DNA of 62,637 nucleotides, filler included. It is 10 parts of 10 records of this genome, joined end to end, with 100 filler letters (N's around TTAATTAATTAA, not from the genome) between each part and the next. Parts side by side here need not be neighbours in the genome. Positions count along the whole stretch, not along the records: positions 57,877 to 62,637 come from SRR15195285_1793; 9 more parts are not named here. The stretch is one strand, 5' to 3'. A program made the translations under genes and the position numbers. Positions 58,379-62,637 of this stretch are shown here, piece after piece. Below the pieces are notes generated by a model, which was not told the origin of the DNA, did not search any database, and worked only from the letters and a program-made list of their open reading frames with translations. Positions within the stretch are counted from its first letter, which is position 1, and each line of letters opens with the position of its first letter.

Positions 58379-60120
58379 CTACGCAACACTCTTTGTCAAG
58401 CGCAGCACGACGGTCGAGTGCGGCCGCACGGTCACATTTGCGATCTTCCCCGTTGCAGTCATGGGCACAGCCGGCGAAGCCGCCGAATGATTTCCCCAAA
58501 GGTCTTTGACTGTGGCTTTCGCTGTCGCTGGCCAGCCGAACGCACCGAAGGAAGCTCCAATTGACTTCGGGGTATCTTCCTCATTGTAGAGCGCAACGGC
58601 GATGTCACCACCTGCCAAATGACGGGCCCACACTGTGGAGTCGCCAGCAACGATGGGAAAGCCCTGCGGCGTGACCTGTTGGTTGATGGCAATCACGTCT
58701 TTGTTCAGCAGGACGATTTTTTGAACCTCGTTCAGGACTCCCTTGCAGTTGTGCTTGACAGGATTCGGGGGCGGCGGCGGGCCGGAGGGATGGTGGCCGG
58801 GGCCGGATGGTTTGTTGCCTTTCTTGCATGGGCAGGTGTGAACGCCATCCCCATCGATGTCGCAAACAACATCGGTCACCCCGTCACAAGTAAACTCGCC
58901 ACGGCAGCCCTTGGTCCACATCGTCTTGTTCGCCACGGTACCAGAACAACCGAAGCTAGTTCCTTCCACACATTTGGCGATTGAGCGCTGTTTGGTAAGC
59001 GTGACTGAGCATTTTGCGGATTCATCCAGCTTTGCCTCCGGGTTCGAATCCACTGTTGAACGACGCTCACCGGTGGAGCCTTCGGCGTCCAGAACAGCCT
59101 TTGCAACATTGTCTTCAGCGAGCTGCGATGCTGAGCAGTTGAAAATTGGTGTGGTGACGACAAGTGGCGAGGCAGCAATGGCCCACATAGAAAACTCTGT
59201 GATGGACTCGTCGAGGTTCATGTTGCCCTCCTTGCCGTTGGCGTGGGCAGCTTGCAGGCCATTCCCCGTCTCAAGCATGCTGCAAACCAAGGAAGCATCT
59301 CGGTAAGCGGCATTGGCCTGTCCTAAAGTGTGCGCAGATGCAGAATTTTGGCGGCGACTCACTCCATGTCATTCCACCCATACGGGCGGCCCGAATACTC
59401 CTTCGGGATCTTCATCACCTCGCTGATGATGCCCTTAGTGGAAGACCATGTGCCAGTGTGATCGCCAGTCGCGCGCCACGACTGTGCACACGCATCACCC
59501 CACTCCCACGGGTTTTGCTTGCCCCACTCGCACATGTTGAACGCAATATGGCGCCCCGATTCGTTGAGGGCCTTGCCCATCTTGGGATAGGTATCTTTCG
59601 GGTCCTGTGGAGCTGAGTTGCACCAATCCATTTTAACCCAATCCACCCCCCATTCTGCGTATGCTTGGGCATCCTGCGTCCAGTAGTTTTCAGAGCCGAC
59701 GCGGCCACCGACGCAAGTCTTGGTGCCACCGCACGTGTAGAGTCCGAATGCCAGCTTGTCACCCTCATCCCCTTTGGAATGCACGTAGTCGATCACAGGC
59801 TTCATTCCGTTTGGGAAGTGGTCTATCTCGGGATAGGGAAATCCGGTGGCGTTGCGCTCCCGTGCTGCCCAGCAATCATCAAGGTGCAAGTGGCGGTACC
59901 CCGCCTCGTAGAGACCAACCTCCATGAAGGCATCGGCCGCAGCCTTGACAGAGTTCTCATCGCAGTAGTCGAAAACTGGGTGCTCGTCACCGGGCCCGAG
60001 CGCGACCCAGGAAGACCAGCCCAGCGCTGGCAAGCGCGAGTGTGGCGCGCCGTTGTCGTAGGCAGCTGCGGGGGTCATGGCTAGACAGGCGGCGGCCACG
60101 AAGACAGCGGTGTGCATCAT
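58379..60120 (-). CDS. Secreted alpha-galactosidase (GH27) with an inserted Cys-rich module, 2 exons
   Basis: YDNG..PALGWSSW, LDDCW, GVDWVKMDWC, SWRATGDH, spliced GWNDMDMLE, FSMWAIAASPL, LLNKDVIAINQ; C-terminal beta-sandwich (VKDLW, VRPH..VVLRL). Confidence 0.92.
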
Positions 60121-60647
60121 ATCTGCAGCGGCGTCGCGCAGTTCCGTCCGGCTGGAGCAGCTCGAGAATCCACACCCTGGCACACCCCGGCGCTGTACTA
60201 TATAGCAGAGCTAGCAGCTGCAGCTGCACGTCGAGCAACCGGCAGGGCACTACTAGCCTTGGCACGCACCCGCCGCCGGGGCCGCACCCGGTTCACCGGC
60301 GGGGAGTCCAGGAACCTGGGCACAGCGAATTATGCAAAACCAAGTTGTCAAGGAGCATCTGAGCGGTTTAGGTTGTCAACTTGGTAGGGATCCCTAGCTA
60401 GTCTCTACTAGTACTATAATTATTATATTCGAATATATTCGAATAGTCCCGGGTAGGAATTCCTACAGTAGTGCTACCTAGGTACCTGTTTAACATGCAC
60501 CTGTTTTCTGTGTATGTTTGACTTTGACTTTTTTATCCTACCACTAGCACCGGGTGGGAAGCGAGGCGCCAGCGGTGCGAGGCGCCAGCGGGTGCGAGGC
60601 GCCAGCCTTGGCCTGGGGTACACGCTTGAAGTTGCACAGCGGAAGGA

Positions 60648-62441
60648 ATGGAGGGCGGGGCCCCGGCAGGCGCTCTGCCGTTCAAGTGGAAGGATCGGCT
60701 TGCTGGGAACGTGCATGCACAGACGACAGATGTGCTGTCGGGCAGCCTGCCAAAACAGCCTCTTTTCGTTCACTGCCAGAACTGCGACCCGGAGAAGACT
60801 GGCATGGCCTCGCTGCAGCTGGCGAGGGTCGCGGTGCAGTGCGCAGTATGCCAGACTGGTGCAGCTGCTGGAGGCGGCGAGCCCGCGCCCGCGCCCGCGC
60901 CCGCACCCGCACCCGCACCCGACGCGCCCGAGAGCATTCCAGGCGTCTACAAGTCATCCGATAGCGCAGAGCGACTGGCAGACAAAATTAAGAACCGCCG
61001 TGCGGATGCTGCAAACTTTGCTGCTTTCCTGGCGGGGGCTGACCTCGCGGCAGCTGTGGCCGGGGTAGACGAAGAGATCAAACAGCTAGCCGCACGTATC
61101 GCCGCACTAGAAGCGGCGGCTCCGGCAGGCGTCCGCCCTCCGGAAGCTGTTCCGCCTCCGGCAGGGTTTGTGCTCCCGCCTGTGCCAAGCGCCACTTTCC
61201 AGTCATTGGTCGACGGGTCCATCAAAGGAATGTGCTACAGTGTAGAGTGTGGTGGTGCTCAGACTGCAGCGGAGGTGCAATTCCACTGCGGCAACTGCGG
61301 AAATCAAGGCTCCGACTGCGTCTGGCTCCCGCAGATGCGCAGCCCCATGCCGGAAGAGGAGTGTTGCATCTCCATGATGGAGATTGACGAGCCGCCGATT
61401 GAAGACGGTCCCTGCCCCCCCTGTGCGGTTGTCTTCGACCCATGCGGCTGCGTCGCAGACGTCACAATGTTTGCGGAGCAGATCAAGCAAGGCATTCAAT
61501 CCGGGGGAGGACGGTCCGTGATCACGATGGACCCATGCACAGAACTGTTTTCGATGCGATGCCCAAATCACCCACAAGGTGGTGAGCACGAGACGTCCTT
61601 TGTGCATTGCGTTCATCACTTCAAGGTAAGTGTTCTCACCGTTGCTTCTTCGTATGCGTTTTGGCTTCAACGTATGGCGAACGCACCCCGTGCAATTTCG
61701 TTAATGGGAATCACGCTCCGCTGCTGCTGTGGGTTGTCCAAAATGCAGGTTGGTGGTCCGAAGCTCTATGGCAGAATCAAGGACTGGGGAATGGAGCAGA
61801 TGGTCATCGAGGCTGGTGGGATATGCTGTCCGATTGGTGGTTGCCCTGCACAAGGGACTCCCTTTATGCGTCCATATCAGCCAATTGACGCGGCCAACCC
61901 GACCAAACAGCGGTGCGAGGCCTGCTCCAGCTGTGAGGTTCGTGGCGGTCAGTGCCCCGGCTGTGAGAACTGCAAGTATTTCTGCAGCGAGTGTCACGTC
62001 GAGTGGGGCAGTAGCCGCGACTGCGCACACTCGTATGTAGCGCCACCAGAAGCTGAACCCGCAGGCCCGACGGACCACGAGCTATTGATGCAGGCTATGG
62101 AGCAGTTTGGCTTTGCGCAGTGCCCAAAGTGCAAGGAGGGGGCGGAGCTCAAGCAGGGCTGCAAGTTTGTCTACTGCCGTTGCAAGCAGAAATTTTGCTA
62201 CCATTGCTCGCGTCCGCTGGGAGATAATCAGCACTACTCGCACTTTGAAGTGGCAGCGATCGCCGACCAGCCGGGCATTGAAGTAGGTAAGAAAGATGGC
62301 CCATTCGGCGACAAGTGCGTCGGGGGTCGGAAGGATAGAAAAGGCCACGTTGCAGAGCCTGCATGTCCGAGCTGCAGCGGATGGTCGGGCCAGAAGACAG
62401 ACTGTGACGTCTGCAGGGACTGGATGCGTGAAGCGGAATAA
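60648..62441 (+). CDS. Parkin-like RBR E3 ubiquitin ligase (RING0-RING1-IBR-RING2), no Ubl seen, 2 exons
   Basis: RING0-like LFVHC..C..RVAVQCAVC...GMC..VEC..AEVQFHC; spliced HHFKVGGPKLYGRIKDWGMEQMVIEAGGICCPIGGC (intron 61626-61748); IBR YFCSECHVEW; RING2 CPKCKEGAELKQGCKFVYCRCKQKFCYHC. Confidence 0.8.
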   Translation: MEGGAPAGALPFKWKDRLAGNVHAQTTDVLSGSLPKQPLFVHCQNCDPEKTGMASLQLARVAVQCAVCQTGAAAGGGEPAPAPAPAPAPAPDAPESIPGVYKSSDSAERLADKIKNRRADAANFAAFLAGADLAAAVAGVDEEIKQLAARIAALEAAAPAGVRPPEAVPPPAGFVLPPVPSATFQSLVDGSIKGMCYSVECGGAQTAAEVQFHCGNCGNQGSDCVWLPQMRSPMPEEECCISMMEIDEPPIEDGPCPPCAVVFDPCGCVADVTMFAEQIKQGIQSGGGRSVITMDPCTELFSMRCPNHPQGGEHETSFVHCVHHFKVSVLTVASSYAFWLQRMANAPRAISLMGITLRCCCGLSKMQVGGPKLYGRIKDWGMEQMVIEAGGICCPIGGCPAQGTPFMRPYQPIDAANPTKQRCEACSSCEVRGGQCPGCENCKYFCSECHVEWGSSRDCAHSYVAPPEAEPAGPTDHELLMQAMEQFGFAQCPKCKEGAELKQGCKFVYCRCKQKFCYHCSRPLGDNQHYSHFEVAAIADQPGIEVGKKDGPFGDKCVGGRKDRKGHVAEPACPSCSGWSGQKTDCDVCRDWMREAE

Positions 62442-62611
62442 TACGTTGTGGCAACACCTTTGAAATGAATCACTGTCCCAGTGTGCATTAATCATTTTCT
62501 TCGGGGGCAAATATCTAAGCTGCTAAAGTAACAGTTCAGTCTAGCTTTTGCACCATCCACTATCCTTTTCTCTTCACACTTCATCGGAGACAATTCTTTA
62601 AAAGTCTTGCT

Positions 62612-62637
62612 CCCCCCCCCCCCCCCCCCCCCCCCCC
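62612..62637. repeat. Poly-C tract at window end (poly-G also at 4559-4583; CT and CTGT microsatellites at 42192-42241 and 42342-42372)
   Basis: Low-complexity runs at contig termini, read directly. Confidence 0.85.

Overview
GC-rich eukaryotic (protist-like) genomic DNA. It consists of 10 contigs joined by nine artificial 100-nt spacers (N44-TTAATTAATTAA-N44). Genes carry short GT-AG spliceosomal introns, so the ORF track only partly matches the real gene models. About 20 protein-coding genes can be reconstructed by eye: DCC1, a BFAR-like SAM/membrane protein, L-rhamnonate dehydratase, a divergent mitochondrial carrier, a peroxisomal enoyl-CoA isomerase, PARG with a SAP domain, a SASA/CE6 esterase, an atypical SDR, a coiled-coil protein with a CEP164-type WW module, a class III aminotransferase, a PH-Sec6-like-SH3 protein, a TPR-AspH hydroxylase, a sulfatase, CDK5RAP3, a WD40-EF-hand-TRP channel, an EF-hand/IQ protein, a DUF4116 protein, a CUB/PAN protein, a GT62 (Anp1) glycosyltransferase, a GH27 alpha-galactosidase and a Parkin-like RBR ligase. 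The strongest novelty candidate is a >2200-aa essentially intronless ORF (33926-40624, minus strand). It fuses an OTU deubiquitinase, an ABC ATPase plus TOPRIM (DUF4435-like) nuclease module resembling bacterial PARIS/OLD anti-phage systems, and WD40 repeats. Second is a Ubl-less Parkin-like protein that retains RING0. All domain calls come from motif recognition by eye; no database searches were run, and the taxon cannot be assigned.
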